From Candidatus Limnocylindrales bacterium (GTDB lineage Bacteria > Moduliflexota > Moduliflexia > Moduliflexales > JAUQPW01): a DNA stretch of 64,000 nt. The notes beneath the pieces were generated by a model. The model had not been told where the DNA came from and did no database searches. It saw nothing but the letters and a program-made list of their open reading frames with translations. Where the stretch lies: positions 62,001-126,000 of the forward strand of contig DATMBG010000036.1 of the NCBI GenBank assembly GCA_035559535.1. Direction: 5' to 3'. This document shows positions 10,416 through 20,043 of this stretch, in pieces; the first letter of the stretch is position 1; the number at the start of each line of letters is the position of its first letter. The translations under genes and the position numbers were made by a program.

Positions 10416-10503
10416 TATTCATCCACGAAGCATGGGGGCGTATGGGGGTATGGGGGTATGGGAGAATCTACACCCATACGCCCCCATGCTTCGTGGATGA
10501 ATA
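10416..10503. repeat. Perfect 31-bp inverted repeat with GTATGGGG octamer tandem
   Basis: Arms 10416-10446 and 10473-10503 are exact reverse complements. Confidence 0.9.
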
Positions 10504-10532
10504 AAATAATCAAAGGTAAAGTATCGCATTAT

Positions 10533-11489
10533 CTATGAGCCTGCATACCGTATCCGGGGGTCGAGCCAGGCATAGAGGAAGTCTACAACCAGATTGGAGA
10601 GTACCACGATCACGGCGATAAACATCACCAGGTTCTGTACAATGGGATAATCTCGACTTAAAATAGCCTCTACTAAAAAGCGGGCCACTCCGGGCAGATT
10701 AAAGACCGTTTCGGTTACCACCAATCCTCCGATGAGGAAAGCGAACTCGATACCGATAACGGTAATAACCGGGAGAATGGCATTTTTCAGAGCATGTCGA
10801 AAAATCACCAGGATCTCACGTTGCCCTTTGGCCCGGGCGGTACGGACATAATCTTCTCGCAGGACCTCCAATAAGGCGGAGCGTGTAATCCGCATGATCA
10901 AGGCAGAACTTCGATAGCCTACGGCCAATGCCGGAAAGAGAAATTGAAGAAGATGATCCTTAAAATTTTCAAAGGGGGAGATATAGAGCAGGGAAGGAAC
11001 CCAACCCAGATTTCGCACCAACAGAAGAATAATGAGCATTCCCAGCCAGAAAGCAGGCATCGAAAGGCCTGCCAGACTGAAAATACGAAAAGTATAGTCC
11101 AACCAGGTATCCTGTCGAACGGCACTGATGACCCCTGAAGGGACCCCCAGGGCAATGGCAACCAGGATGGATAAAATACCCAATTCTACGGTAACCGGAA
11201 TCCTGGGTTTGATAATCTCCCAGGCAGGAACATCGTAATGATAGGACTTTCCCAAATCTCCTTGAAAGAGATGAACAATCCAGCTTCCATACTGGCTGAT
11301 AAGAGGCTTATCAAACCCTAACTCATGAACCAGGGCTTTTTTATCTTCCGGGTCTACATATCCTGCCGAAGCAAAAATAATATCTACAATATTTCCCGGT
11401 GCTAGGCGTAACAATACGAATATGACAATAGACATCCCGAATAGGGTAATGAATCCGATCAAAAGCCTTTGTAAAAGATAGACTCGCAT
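10533..11489 (-). CDS. dppB: Peptide ABC transporter permease (DppB/OppB family)
   Basis: GDLGKS, LEVLREDYVRTARAKG, HALKNA, ETVFNLPG, RDYPIVQ, LDPRIR. Confidence 0.9.
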   Translation of the reverse strand: MRVYLLQRLLIGFITLFGMSIVIFVLLRLAPGNIVDIIFASAGYVDPEDKKALVHELGFDKPLISQYGSWIVHLFQGDLGKSYHYDVPAWEIIKPRIPVTVELGILSILVAIALGVPSGVISAVRQDTWLDYTFRIFSLAGLSMPAFWLGMLIILLLVRNLGWVPSLLYISPFENFKDHLLQFLFPALAVGYRSSALIMRITRSALLEVLREDYVRTARAKGQREILVIFRHALKNAILPVITVIGIEFAFLIGGLVVTETVFNLPGVARFLVEAILSRDYPIVQNLVMFIAVIVVLSNLVVDFLYAWLDPRIRYAGS

Positions 11490-11703
11490 AGTTGCTTACT
11501 CTAAATGGGACATCTTACGCTCGAATCAGCCTTTGTAGCCCCCTACACGTCAGAATCAGGATTAAAAGCTCCGACAGGGTGATCTGGTAGTAACCTCCGG
11601 AATTAATCCTCACAAAGGGTAATAACTTATTAAAAAATCTCCTATAAACTCTAGACCCGGGTCAAGGAAAAATGTAATTATTCCACCCTGAAAACACCTG
11701 TCC

Positions 11704-13317
11704 TTATTTATCTAACCAGACCTCCTGCATCCGACCGTAGTTATAAACACTTTGATGCGGCACTAAGTTTTTAACATACGGCCACATGGCAAAGTAATCG
11801 AGAGCCCAACCCAGGATAGGTCTGGCCCCGTCTATCTGGAGTTTTTTATCGATCTCCTGGACCAGTTTGAGACGTTCGGCGAAATCGAGGGTTTGAGATT
11901 GCTTCTCAATCAATTCATCGATTTCTTTGTTGCAATAACCCGAATAATTACGGGGCGAACCGCATTTGTAGTTTTCAAAGTAGTTGGCATCGGGATCATC
12001 GGGACCAATACCGGTTCGATTGGCAGCAAGGGTATACTCCCTCCGTGTAACTTTCGGATGCCAGACTCCCGTCTCCACCTGTTCCAAAGTTGCTTCGATT
12101 CCTACTTGTTTGAGCTGATCAATGACAAAGTTAGCCGGGTCTAAATAACTCGCCGTGGCCCGTGTAGATAAGACGACTTTTAAGGGATTATCCGGGCCAT
12201 ATCCCAGTTCGGCCAGGATTTTTTTCGCTTCCTCCTTCTGTTTGACCGGATCTCCATAGCCCGGCAGTTTAACCAGCTCTTCTTCCGGAAGTCCCCAAAC
12301 TCCATAAGGTTTAGGGAGCATCGCTCCGCCTATAACCCCTCCTCCCTGATATACAGCCTGAACATAAGCTCTACGATCCATGGCCAGGTTAATGGCTAAT
12401 CGCAACTTTGGGTTATCAAAGGGAGGTTTCTCAAAATTAATCAAGATGTTCTCATTAACGTTTTGACTGGTCTCCACGATAACCATATCCGGATTGGTCT
12501 TCTTCAAGGTCTCGGCAATGGTTTTTGTGGTATCAAAGGGAAAAGCAATATCGACCTGTCCGGCTTGTAGGGCGGCTGTGCGGGTGGCCCGATCCTTGAT
12601 CATGATATAACGAATACCGTCCAGGTAGGGACGTCCCGGAATAAAGTAATCGGGATTTTTCTCCAACTCCAACACCTCGCCCGGACGATGTTCTTTCATT
12701 TTGAAGGGACCGGTTCCTACACATTTGGTGCGAAGTTGGGCAGGGGGGATATGGGCGGGATAAACAGGAGAGTATCCTGAGGCCAGCATCATCAAGAGCG
12801 AGGGTTGGGGTCGTTTCAGGCGGAAAATAACTGTAGCTTCATCAGGAGCATCGATAGCTTCTACATTATCATACCAGAGTTTACGGGGATTTACCCGTAA
12901 TTTGACCGTCATGCCGGGAGCCTGACGAACCAGGTCAAAGGTATACTTTACATCTTTGGAGCTGAAAGGCTGGCCGTCGTGCCACTTGACCCCTTTTCGT
13001 AGATGAAAAACCAAACTCTTTCCCTCATCCTGCCACTCCCAGCTCTCGGCCAGTTCTCCAATGATAGTCTCCATACTCTCTTGTTTTTTCAATGGATCAA
13101 AGAGTACCAGGTTATTATAGCAGGGCATCATGGGCCATACGGTAGAAGCCGTTGCTTCTTCGTGGATGCTTAGACTGGGAATGTCTGCAATGTGGGAAGC
13201 ATTAAGAATTCCTCCATACTTCGGTTCAGCTTGAGCCCCTGAAGCCGGAGAGGATAAAAGTAACCAGAGAGCAGAAATTCCCACCAAGACAGAAAACACC
13301 TTTGGATACTTTTTCAT
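11704..13317 (-). CDS. Peptide ABC transporter substrate-binding protein (family 5)
   Basis: Signal peptide; LAESW, LRKGVKWHDGQPFSSKDVKYTF, VGTGPFK, PFDNPKLRLAI. Confidence 0.9.
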   Translation of the reverse strand: MKKYPKVFSVLVGISALWLLLSSPASGAQAEPKYGGILNASHIADIPSLSIHEEATASTVWPMMPCYNNLVLFDPLKKQESMETIIGELAESWEWQDEGKSLVFHLRKGVKWHDGQPFSSKDVKYTFDLVRQAPGMTVKLRVNPRKLWYDNVEAIDAPDEATVIFRLKRPQPSLLMMLASGYSPVYPAHIPPAQLRTKCVGTGPFKMKEHRPGEVLELEKNPDYFIPGRPYLDGIRYIMIKDRATRTAALQAGQVDIAFPFDTTKTIAETLKKTNPDMVIVETSQNVNENILINFEKPPFDNPKLRLAINLAMDRRAYVQAVYQGGGVIGGAMLPKPYGVWGLPEEELVKLPGYGDPVKQKEEAKKILAELGYGPDNPLKVVLSTRATASYLDPANFVIDQLKQVGIEATLEQVETGVWHPKVTRREYTLAANRTGIGPDDPDANYFENYKCGSPRNYSGYCNKEIDELIEKQSQTLDFAERLKLVQEIDKKLQIDGARPILGWALDYFAMWPYVKNLVPHQSVYNYGRMQEVWLDK

Positions 13318-13447
13318 ATCTGTCCTACCAAATTTGGATGATTACTTCGCCCCGGTCAAGACAGCAAAGCGCGAATTATTCAAACAAATTTGGTGTCGTC
13401 CCTAAAAATAAATAAAGGTCCTCAAAGGACACTTACCATCTTTTGGA

Positions 13448-13476
13448 GTTATAATATAACCTAACGTAAAAGTCAA
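13448..13476 (-). promoter_or_regulatory. Sigma70-type promoter of the peptide ABC operon
   Basis: TTGACT-17-TATAAC on the minus strand. Confidence 0.6.
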
Positions 13477-13493
13477 GAAATGGCCTGTGAAAA

Positions 13494-13551
13494 GTAACTG
13501 TAACCCTTTAATAGGGGTCACTTTTTCCGCCTACTAAATCGATACAGATAC
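13494..13551. mobile_element. MITE family M1, internally deleted copy (both ends only)
   Basis: Ends GTAACTGTAACC... and ...CCTACTAAATCGATACAGATAC match 26615..26768; flanks ctgtgaaaa / ctgcgaaaa (9-bp TSD, 1 mismatch). Confidence 0.8.
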
Positions 13552-13762
13552 CTGCGAAAAAGTTACCCGGCCGGTACTGAGAACCCAACGCTTTCTGGAG
13601 GTAACCCGACAGGAAGGAGGAAGGCTATGGTATAATGAAGGGATGGAGGTAAGTGGAGGATCTTTTTATAAAGGACCCTCCGAATTCTACCTGGTTCAAA
13701 AAAGCGAATTCTATCGAAGCTTTCCCTGCTGAGTAAGCAAGATAATTTTTCACGGAAGGCCC

Positions 13763-13791
13763 TTGACAATAAAATTTAGAAGAACTAGTTT
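13763..13791 (+). promoter_or_regulatory. Sigma70-type promoter of tRNA-Asp
   Basis: TTGACA-17-TAGTTT about 60 bp upstream of the tRNA. Confidence 0.65.
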
Positions 13792-13850
13792 ATCTCATGC
13801 AGACAGGATTAGTTAAAGTCTAAGATCTTCCCCTTTTATCCTTCCGAATC

Positions 13851-13924
<74 letters not shown>

Positions 13925-14049
13925 TTCCTTGGATTTATTTCTCTACCTTAAAGGTCCTTTTTTCTACTTTCCTGACCAATCAAATAATATTCCCTGGCCG
14001 GTATTTCTTTATTTAATACTATTTCTACGTGGAAACACCGCATGCCTCA

Positions 14050-14290
14050 TCCTCCCTTCCCCTTATGGGCCAGGTTAAGGGTAAAAAGCCCCGCCAGGGG
14101 CTATCTACGGGTCGTGCTCCGCTGGGGCTAACCTTCTGCGCGTATGCCTCCGATTCCTCTCCCACGCTGGGGAGGGGGGCCGGCGGATTTCCGGACCAAT
14201 TTCCCAAGTACGCCCTTCTCCCGAAGCTTCGGAAGAGGGGCCGGGGGCGAGGGCAGAACGGTTATTCAAATTTAACTTTACAAGGTAGTA
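14050..14290. repeat. Composite REP/MITE-like repeat array (copy A)
   Basis: Colinear similarity to 16270..16610: gccaggttaagg, ctcccac..gggag, gaagcttc hairpin, actttacaag end. Confidence 0.7.
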
Positions 14291-14338
14291 TTTTTAGATA
14301 AATTTTAGTTTTGTAATAAATTAAAATAGAGATTTTTT

Positions 14339-15730
14339 ATGAAACCTCATCTCGTGATCTTTTTCATTTTATTTTTTATTATGCCGGTTTTATCTGCACA
14401 ACCTTCTATGAAAGCCATTGTGGGCGGAACTCTTATCCAGACAGATGGAACAGATCCCCTGGAGGACTCGGTTGTTTTAATAGAAGGAAACAAGATTATA
14501 AAAGTGGGGAAATTAAAGGAAATCCCGATTCCACAGGATGCACAGATCATAAACGCTAAAGGAAAGTGGATTATTCCAGGGTTAGTAGATGCCCATGTAC
14601 ATTTTTTTCAATCGGGAGGGCTTTATACCCGCCCGGATATTCTGGATCTCAGAAAGTATCGACCTTACCAAGAAGAGTTATCCTGGATTAAAGCCCATTT
14701 GACGGACACCTTTGCACGGTATTTGAGATGTGGAGTTACTTCGGTGGTCGATGTAGGAGGACCCCTTTGGAATTTCAAGGTACGCGAGCTGGCCCAAAGA
14801 ACCGCTTTGACCCCTCGTGTAGCCGTAGCAGGTCCTTTGATTTCTACCTACCAACCTGAAGAACTGACGACCGAGGATCCTCCTGTTATTAAAGTAAATT
14901 CTCCTGAAGAAGCCCGGGCCCTGGTACGGCGCCAGGCAGAATGGCAACCCGACTTAATCAAAATCTGGTTTATCCTCCTTCCGGGTCATAAACCGGAGCG
15001 TTATTTTTCTTTGATTCAGACAATTATAGAAGAAAGCCACCATCATGGAATTCGGGTAGTTGTTCACGCCACCGAGCTGGAAACGGCCCGGGTAGCTGTA
15101 AAAGCAGGTGCAGATATTCTGGCCCATAGTGTGGATGATGAGATCGTTGACCGTGAATTTATTCAACTTCTCAAGGAGAATCATGTCATCTACACATCGA
15201 CTCTGATGGTTTCTCAGCGGTATCGTGAGGTTCTGAGCCAGCAAATTCGACTGACAACCCCTGAACGGGAAATAGCCAATCCCTATATCCTCTCAACCCT
15301 CTTTGACCTTGGAAAATTGCCTCCAGAGGATATTCCCCCACATATTTTAAGCAGAATAAGGAATCCAAAACCCATTTTCCCCAACCCCATTCCCTTAAAA
15401 AACCTGAAATTACTTCAAGATGCTGGAGTCACCCTGGCAGTCGGTACCGATGCCGGAAATATAGGAACCCTTCATGGACCGGCCATATTTAGAGAGTTGG
15501 AATTGATGGCAGAGGCCGGACTCTCTAACCAGCAGATTTTGACGGCTGCTACGATTCATGGAGCCGAACTCATGGGACGATCCCAGGAATTGGGTTCCCT
15601 GGAAGCAGGCAAGCTTGCCGATATGGTTATCCTCCATGCCAATCCCTTAGCCAGGATTCAGAATACCCGTTCCATTGATCTGGTTATTAAAGACGGCCAG
15701 GTCTATACGCCGGATCAAATTCTGAAATAG
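14339..15730 (+). CDS. Exported amidohydrolase family protein
   Basis: Signal peptide; IPGLVDAHVH metal motif, GTDAG, GSLEAGKLADMVIL. Confidence 0.88.
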   Translation: MKPHLVIFFILFFIMPVLSAQPSMKAIVGGTLIQTDGTDPLEDSVVLIEGNKIIKVGKLKEIPIPQDAQIINAKGKWIIPGLVDAHVHFFQSGGLYTRPDILDLRKYRPYQEELSWIKAHLTDTFARYLRCGVTSVVDVGGPLWNFKVRELAQRTALTPRVAVAGPLISTYQPEELTTEDPPVIKVNSPEEARALVRRQAEWQPDLIKIWFILLPGHKPERYFSLIQTIIEESHHHGIRVVVHATELETARVAVKAGADILAHSVDDEIVDREFIQLLKENHVIYTSTLMVSQRYREVLSQQIRLTTPEREIANPYILSTLFDLGKLPPEDIPPHILSRIRNPKPIFPNPIPLKNLKLLQDAGVTLAVGTDAGNIGTLHGPAIFRELELMAEAGLSNQQILTAATIHGAELMGRSQELGSLEAGKLADMVILHANPLARIQNTRSIDLVIKDGQVYTPDQILK

Positions 15731-15746
15731 AAGTTCTTTAGGACCC

Positions 15747-16040
15747 TTAAATGAGTTGAACCTCTACGGTGACCGGGCTCGGGAAGACAACCTCCTGATC
15801 CCCCTTATCCGAGGTAATATCCACAATTTTACCCCGCGGAACTATGTTGACATAGAGGGGATCCTCAAAGGAAAAGGTCTTCGAATTCTCTCCGGATATG
15901 AGGTTTATAACAACGGTTACCTTGGATTGTTGGGTCAGCAAAACAACCTCGACAAATCCATCGGAAGCTACCTGGACCGCATTTGAACCCACAACAATCC
16001 CAACGGCGCCGGGATCCGTAAAAACATACTTTGGTTCCAT
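15747..16040 (-). CDS. Hypothetical beta-rich protein
   Basis: 97-aa ATG-start ORF with natural composition, convergent with the amidohydrolase. Confidence 0.6.
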   Translation of the reverse strand: MEPKYVFTDPGAVGIVVGSNAVQVASDGFVEVVLLTQQSKVTVVINLISGENSKTFSFEDPLYVNIVPRGKIVDITSDKGDQEVVFPSPVTVEVQLI

Positions 16041-16269
16041 AGCATCTTATACGAAAACCTTCTGGATTCCATTATTTCTTACCTTAGCATAAGCCGATAA
16101 GAAAACTATTTTCAATTAAAATTTTCATAATATTTTACTATTTCTACATTGAAAAGGGTAAGGACCTTCCATACAGCGGTTCGATCTCAGGACGACCTGA
16201 TAGAATCCCCTACTCATCTGATAAACTTTTTATAGGGTTTGCAAGGGGAGTTCCGTGTAATTCTCGGCC

Positions 16270-16625
16270 CTCCCCCCGGTCCCCATAGGCGCCAGGTTAA
16301 GGTGCCCTCACCCGGTCCCTCCCCCGTTTCCCAGGGGAGGGAATTTCGCTTCAAAGTACCTTCCCCAGCCAAGTAGTGCTTTGTTACTTTAATTTTGCTT
16401 AATGTTTAAGTGGTCCTCACCCCCGGCCCTTCTCCCACAGCGTGGGAGAGAGGAGCTGAGGGATCTCCAGGCCAAATTCCCAGGGGCCTTTTCTCCCCTT
16501 TCTGGAGCAGGTAAAAAACCTTCCTTAAAAGCCTCCTTCCCCCTCCCCTGAAGCTTCAGGAGAGGGGTGCAGGGGGAAGGGAAAAACGATTATTTGACTT
16601 TACAAGATGCCCCTTTCAGGGGAGG
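16270..16625. repeat. Composite REP/MITE-like repeat array (copy B)
   Basis: Several CCCTCACCCC/CCCTCTCCC...GGGAGAGGG palindromes; homologous to 14050..14290. Confidence 0.7.
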
Positions 16626-16867
16626 GTCTTCGTTAATTGTTATTGACATCCAGAGAAAGGAGGGTATAGATTTTCTGTTAACTTTGAAGTGAATCGGGGA
16701 ATGTCAATGCAGGATAGTCTAAAAGAATAAAAGAGGAGTAACCCTTACCCTATGAAATTAAAGGGTTCTTAGAGATGTGTAGAAGTCCGGATAGGAAGTA
16801 AGAGTACGTTGTAAGACGGCTTTTATTTAGTATCCGCTTTAAAGGTGCACAAAGGAGGCATAGGATT

Positions 16868-17647
16868 GTGAAAGTTGAAGAAGCTGCAGAGATACTCTGG
16901 CAGTCTATTCAGAGACGTATTCATTTTCCTGAAGTCCTGAAGGGGAAGTTAACTTTAAAGGAAGCTTATCAGGTACAGAAGGCGATACGAGATCGCTGGC
17001 TTGCCAGGGGAGAGAAGCAGGCAGGGTGGAAGATCGGTTTAACGGCCGATGCGGTACGTAATCTTTATCGTGCCCAGGCTCCGGCTTTTGGTTATCTTTT
17101 AGAAAGTCGGCAGTTTCCCAGTGGTACTACGTTTCAATTCGATGAGATGATCAGTCCTGCCCTGGAATCCGAATTGTGTTTCAAGCTTAAAAGTGATTTA
17201 AAAGGACCGGGAGTTACCAGGGAGCAGGTACTCTCGGCTATCGATTCCGTTGCGCCCGCCTTTGAGATCATTGAGCGTCGGGGGGATATGGCGGCTGACC
17301 TTCCGCTGGGAATCGCCGATAATGTGGCTCAAAGGGCCTATGTGGTGGGAGCCGAGATAACACCTTACCCTCAAAATCTGGATCTCGATCTGGATCTCGG
17401 TCAGGTGACCGCCGAGGTTATGCGAAATGGGAAGTTGGAGGTAAAAGCCGTGGGGGCCGAGGTTATCGATCATCAGCTTCAATCTATCGCCTGGCTGGCT
17501 AATCAACTCGTGGAATACGGAGCCTATCTGGAAGCCGGCCAGCGTATTATGAGCGGTTCCTTTACCAAGCCTTTACCAATCCAAAAAGGGGATCGATGGG
17601 AAACTCGATTTTCTTCCATAGGTTCTGTTTCGGCTATTTTTATTTAA
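16868..17647 (+). CDS. 2-keto-4-pentenoate hydratase-like protein (FAH superfamily)
   Basis: GWKIGLT, LESELCF, PAFEIIE, IADNVA, MSGSFTKP; RBS AGGAGG upstream of GTG. Confidence 0.85.
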   Translation: MKVEEAAEILWQSIQRRIHFPEVLKGKLTLKEAYQVQKAIRDRWLARGEKQAGWKIGLTADAVRNLYRAQAPAFGYLLESRQFPSGTTFQFDEMISPALESELCFKLKSDLKGPGVTREQVLSAIDSVAPAFEIIERRGDMAADLPLGIADNVAQRAYVVGAEITPYPQNLDLDLDLGQVTAEVMRNGKLEVKAVGAEVIDHQLQSIAWLANQLVEYGAYLEAGQRIMSGSFTKPLPIQKGDRWETRFSSIGSVSAIFI

Positions 17648-17947
17648 AGCTGAGATTTTTATCGAGGTTTTTCCCCCACAGGCCCTCCGACAGGACTTCA
17701 TGGGAATTAAAGAAGGTTTGTGAAAATCTTTATTAAACAGACTCTGGCCGGCAGGGAAAACATTATATATTTTATCTATGGAAGTAAATGAGGTATAAGA
17801 TACACGGAGATATTCTTATTTTTTCTATGGAAGAATCCATAAATCCAATTTAAATAAAACCGGATTCAGGAGGAAACTTGAACCAGGACCTGCTGTTTTG
17901 AGGTATGGACCGGTGTTTCTTCTTGATCGGATCAAAGGAGGTCAGGT

Positions 17948-18499
17948 ATGCATGAACTTAGAAACTGGGGTATGCGGGTCGGAATCTTAGTAGTTGGTGT
18001 TTTTTTAGGACTTGCTCTTTATCTATCTCTATCGATTTCTAAGACAGAGGCTGCAGAAGAAAAAAAGGGAGATCCGGCGGCCGGTGAAAAGCTGTTTTTT
18101 GATACTCAGGGTTTAGGGGCTTTAGCCTGTGTCAATTGCCATAAGGTAAATGGGAAAGGAGCCGATGTAGGCCCTGATCTTTCCCATGTCGGTCAGAAGC
18201 CTGTGGAATATCTTCGGGAATCCATTGTTAAACCCAGTGCTTATATCGTTCCGGGCTATGAAATACTTTCCATTAAAATGAAGGACGGTAAAACGATGGA
18301 TGGGCTCAAAAAAGGGGAAACCGATAAGGAATTAAAAATCATGGATATTACCGATCCAGATCTTAAAATCCAGACAGTTCAAAAGGATCAGATTGAAAGT
18401 ATCACTCCCCAGCCGGATTCTTTTATGTTCAGTTTTGAAAAAATCCTTAAGGAAGATCAGTTGAACAATATCATAGCCTATCTTCAAACCCTAAAATAG
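17948..18499 (+). CDS. Membrane-anchored or exported monoheme c-type cytochrome (putative heme-binding domain type)
   Basis: CVNCH, GDPAAGEKLF, VGPDLSHVG, LRESIVKPSAYI, IIAYLQTLK; RBS AGGAGG. Confidence 0.88.
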   Translation: MHELRNWGMRVGILVVGVFLGLALYLSLSISKTEAAEEKKGDPAAGEKLFFDTQGLGALACVNCHKVNGKGADVGPDLSHVGQKPVEYLRESIVKPSAYIVPGYEILSIKMKDGKTMDGLKKGETDKELKIMDITDPDLKIQTVQKDQIESITPQPDSFMFSFEKILKEDQLNNIIAYLQTLK

Positions 18500-18522
18500 G
18501 TCGATCAGATCTTTAACTCTAA

Positions 18523-18557
18523 AGAGTGAAGAATGAAGTCCCGTCATTCTTCACTCT
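18523..18557. terminator. Hairpin between convergent genes, probable terminator
   Basis: AGAGTGAAGAATGA / TCATTCTTCACTCT perfect 14-bp stem. Confidence 0.6.
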
Positions 18558-18582
18558 GTTGTTAAGATGCTTCTCTTGTCTT

Positions 18583-19809
18583 TTACTTCCACCAGGATTT
18601 CAAAATCCCAGAGATAGAGAAGACCATGCGTGGATCTATGGTTTCTGCCAGGATCCCGGTAAAGGCCTCCCGTAGAAATCTGCTTTTGCGGGCGCGTTGC
18701 ACCATAAAATCGTTGAGCCAGGCTTTGGCCAGCCAGTTTTCTGCGATTTGATATCCCAGGTATCGGGGTTTTAATTTTTCCTCTAAAAGACGTGGAAATT
18801 CTTGCAGATATTCACTCTTCCTTTTTGCCAGGGCTTTATGTATAACCAACGCCGCTAATTCTCCTGTCTCCATAGCTTTACCGATACCTTCTCCGGTACA
18901 GGGAAAGGTTGCGCCAATACTTTCTCCAATGGCCAGTATCTTTTCACCTTTAAGAGGCTGGGAACCGGTCAGACCACATCTCAGCATGGCTCCTTGAAGG
19001 GGGGTTATCATTTCGCCCTGGCTTAACAATGCCTGCGCCAGGGGAAATTCGGCTGTGAATTTATAAAACATTTCTTTTAAGTTGATCTGATCGGTGGAAG
19101 TTCCCCGGTAAAGTAGGCAACACCCCATGTTATATTCGTTGTTAGCCAGGGGAAATATCCATGCGTAGCCGGGAATAATGGCACGATCAAAAGAGACAAT
19201 CATGCGGTCCAGATGAAACGAAGAGCGGAGATAACTGCGGATGGCTATTCCGCTTGCCTTTGGACGCGAGACCATATCCAGTTGACGTAAAAGGGAAACG
19301 TCGGCTCCCATGGCGATAACTGCTATCCGTGTACGGATCTGTTGGGGAGAGTCTGAAAATGAAGCGGTGATCATACCCTGGGAATCCAGGGAAAGACTTT
19401 TAACTTTCCCTTGACAAAAGGTAGCCCCTCGGGAGACAGCTTCTCTGGCAAGAATCTCATCCAGAATCTGCCGTTTGATCGTCAGAAACTCTCCCGAAAC
19501 CTCGAGATCTATCCTGGACGGACTAAAAACGGTAGCCATTTTCGTCTGTCGACCGGCCTGACAGACTTTCTCATATATGCCTGCCCTTTGGAGACACCGT
19601 ATGGCATCGGGAATGAGACCATCTCCACAGGTCTTATCTCTGGGAAATCTATATTTATCCAGTAAGAGGGTCCTATGGCCCTGAGAGGCTAAATGAATGG
19701 CTGCCATGGAACCTGCAGGGCCGGCGCCTATAACCAGTACGTCCCATAACAAATCTGGAAGTGAATCCACCGGGGCTTGCCAGCTATTTTGATCTTGTTG
19801 TTTAAGCAT
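18583..19809 (-). CDS. Geranylgeranyl reductase family FAD-dependent oxidoreductase
   Basis: GAGPAG, FPRDKTCGDGL, PGYAWIFP, PCTGEGIGKAMETG. Confidence 0.88.
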   Translation of the reverse strand: MLKQQDQNSWQAPVDSLPDLLWDVLVIGAGPAGSMAAIHLASQGHRTLLLDKYRFPRDKTCGDGLIPDAIRCLQRAGIYEKVCQAGRQTKMATVFSPSRIDLEVSGEFLTIKRQILDEILAREAVSRGATFCQGKVKSLSLDSQGMITASFSDSPQQIRTRIAVIAMGADVSLLRQLDMVSRPKASGIAIRSYLRSSFHLDRMIVSFDRAIIPGYAWIFPLANNEYNMGCCLLYRGTSTDQINLKEMFYKFTAEFPLAQALLSQGEMITPLQGAMLRCGLTGSQPLKGEKILAIGESIGATFPCTGEGIGKAMETGELAALVIHKALAKRKSEYLQEFPRLLEEKLKPRYLGYQIAENWLAKAWLNDFMVQRARKSRFLREAFTGILAETIDPRMVFSISGILKSWWK

Positions 19810-19963
19810 AAGTCCGGTCTCCTCCTATAACAAGAACTGGTTTATGATTCAAATTACTGTCAATCTACCTTTCTCTCCATCTAAAATATCCTGATTTTAA
19901 ACTACCGTCGATCCAGAACCCTTTTATCATTACTTTTTTCTTGCTTTGATAGATAAATTCTGG

Positions 19964-19993
19964 TTGACAGGTTCTAAGTCTCTCGCCTATAGT
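19964..19993 (+). promoter_or_regulatory. Sigma70-type promoter of paaK
   Basis: TTGACA-18-TATAGT. Confidence 0.6.
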
Positions 19994-20043
19994 CAGAACT
20001 AGACCGATTTTAAACGAATTGTCCGGGGAAGGAGAGAGAAAAT

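Noticed and set aside
17378-17400. Short duplication giving LDLDLDL in the hydratase
   Set aside because: In-frame slippage or assembly artefact with no evident significance
17923-17935. TTGAT-cgg-ATCAA FNR-like palindrome before the cytochrome c gene
   Set aside because: Spacer is 3 bp rather than 4 and it abuts the RBS
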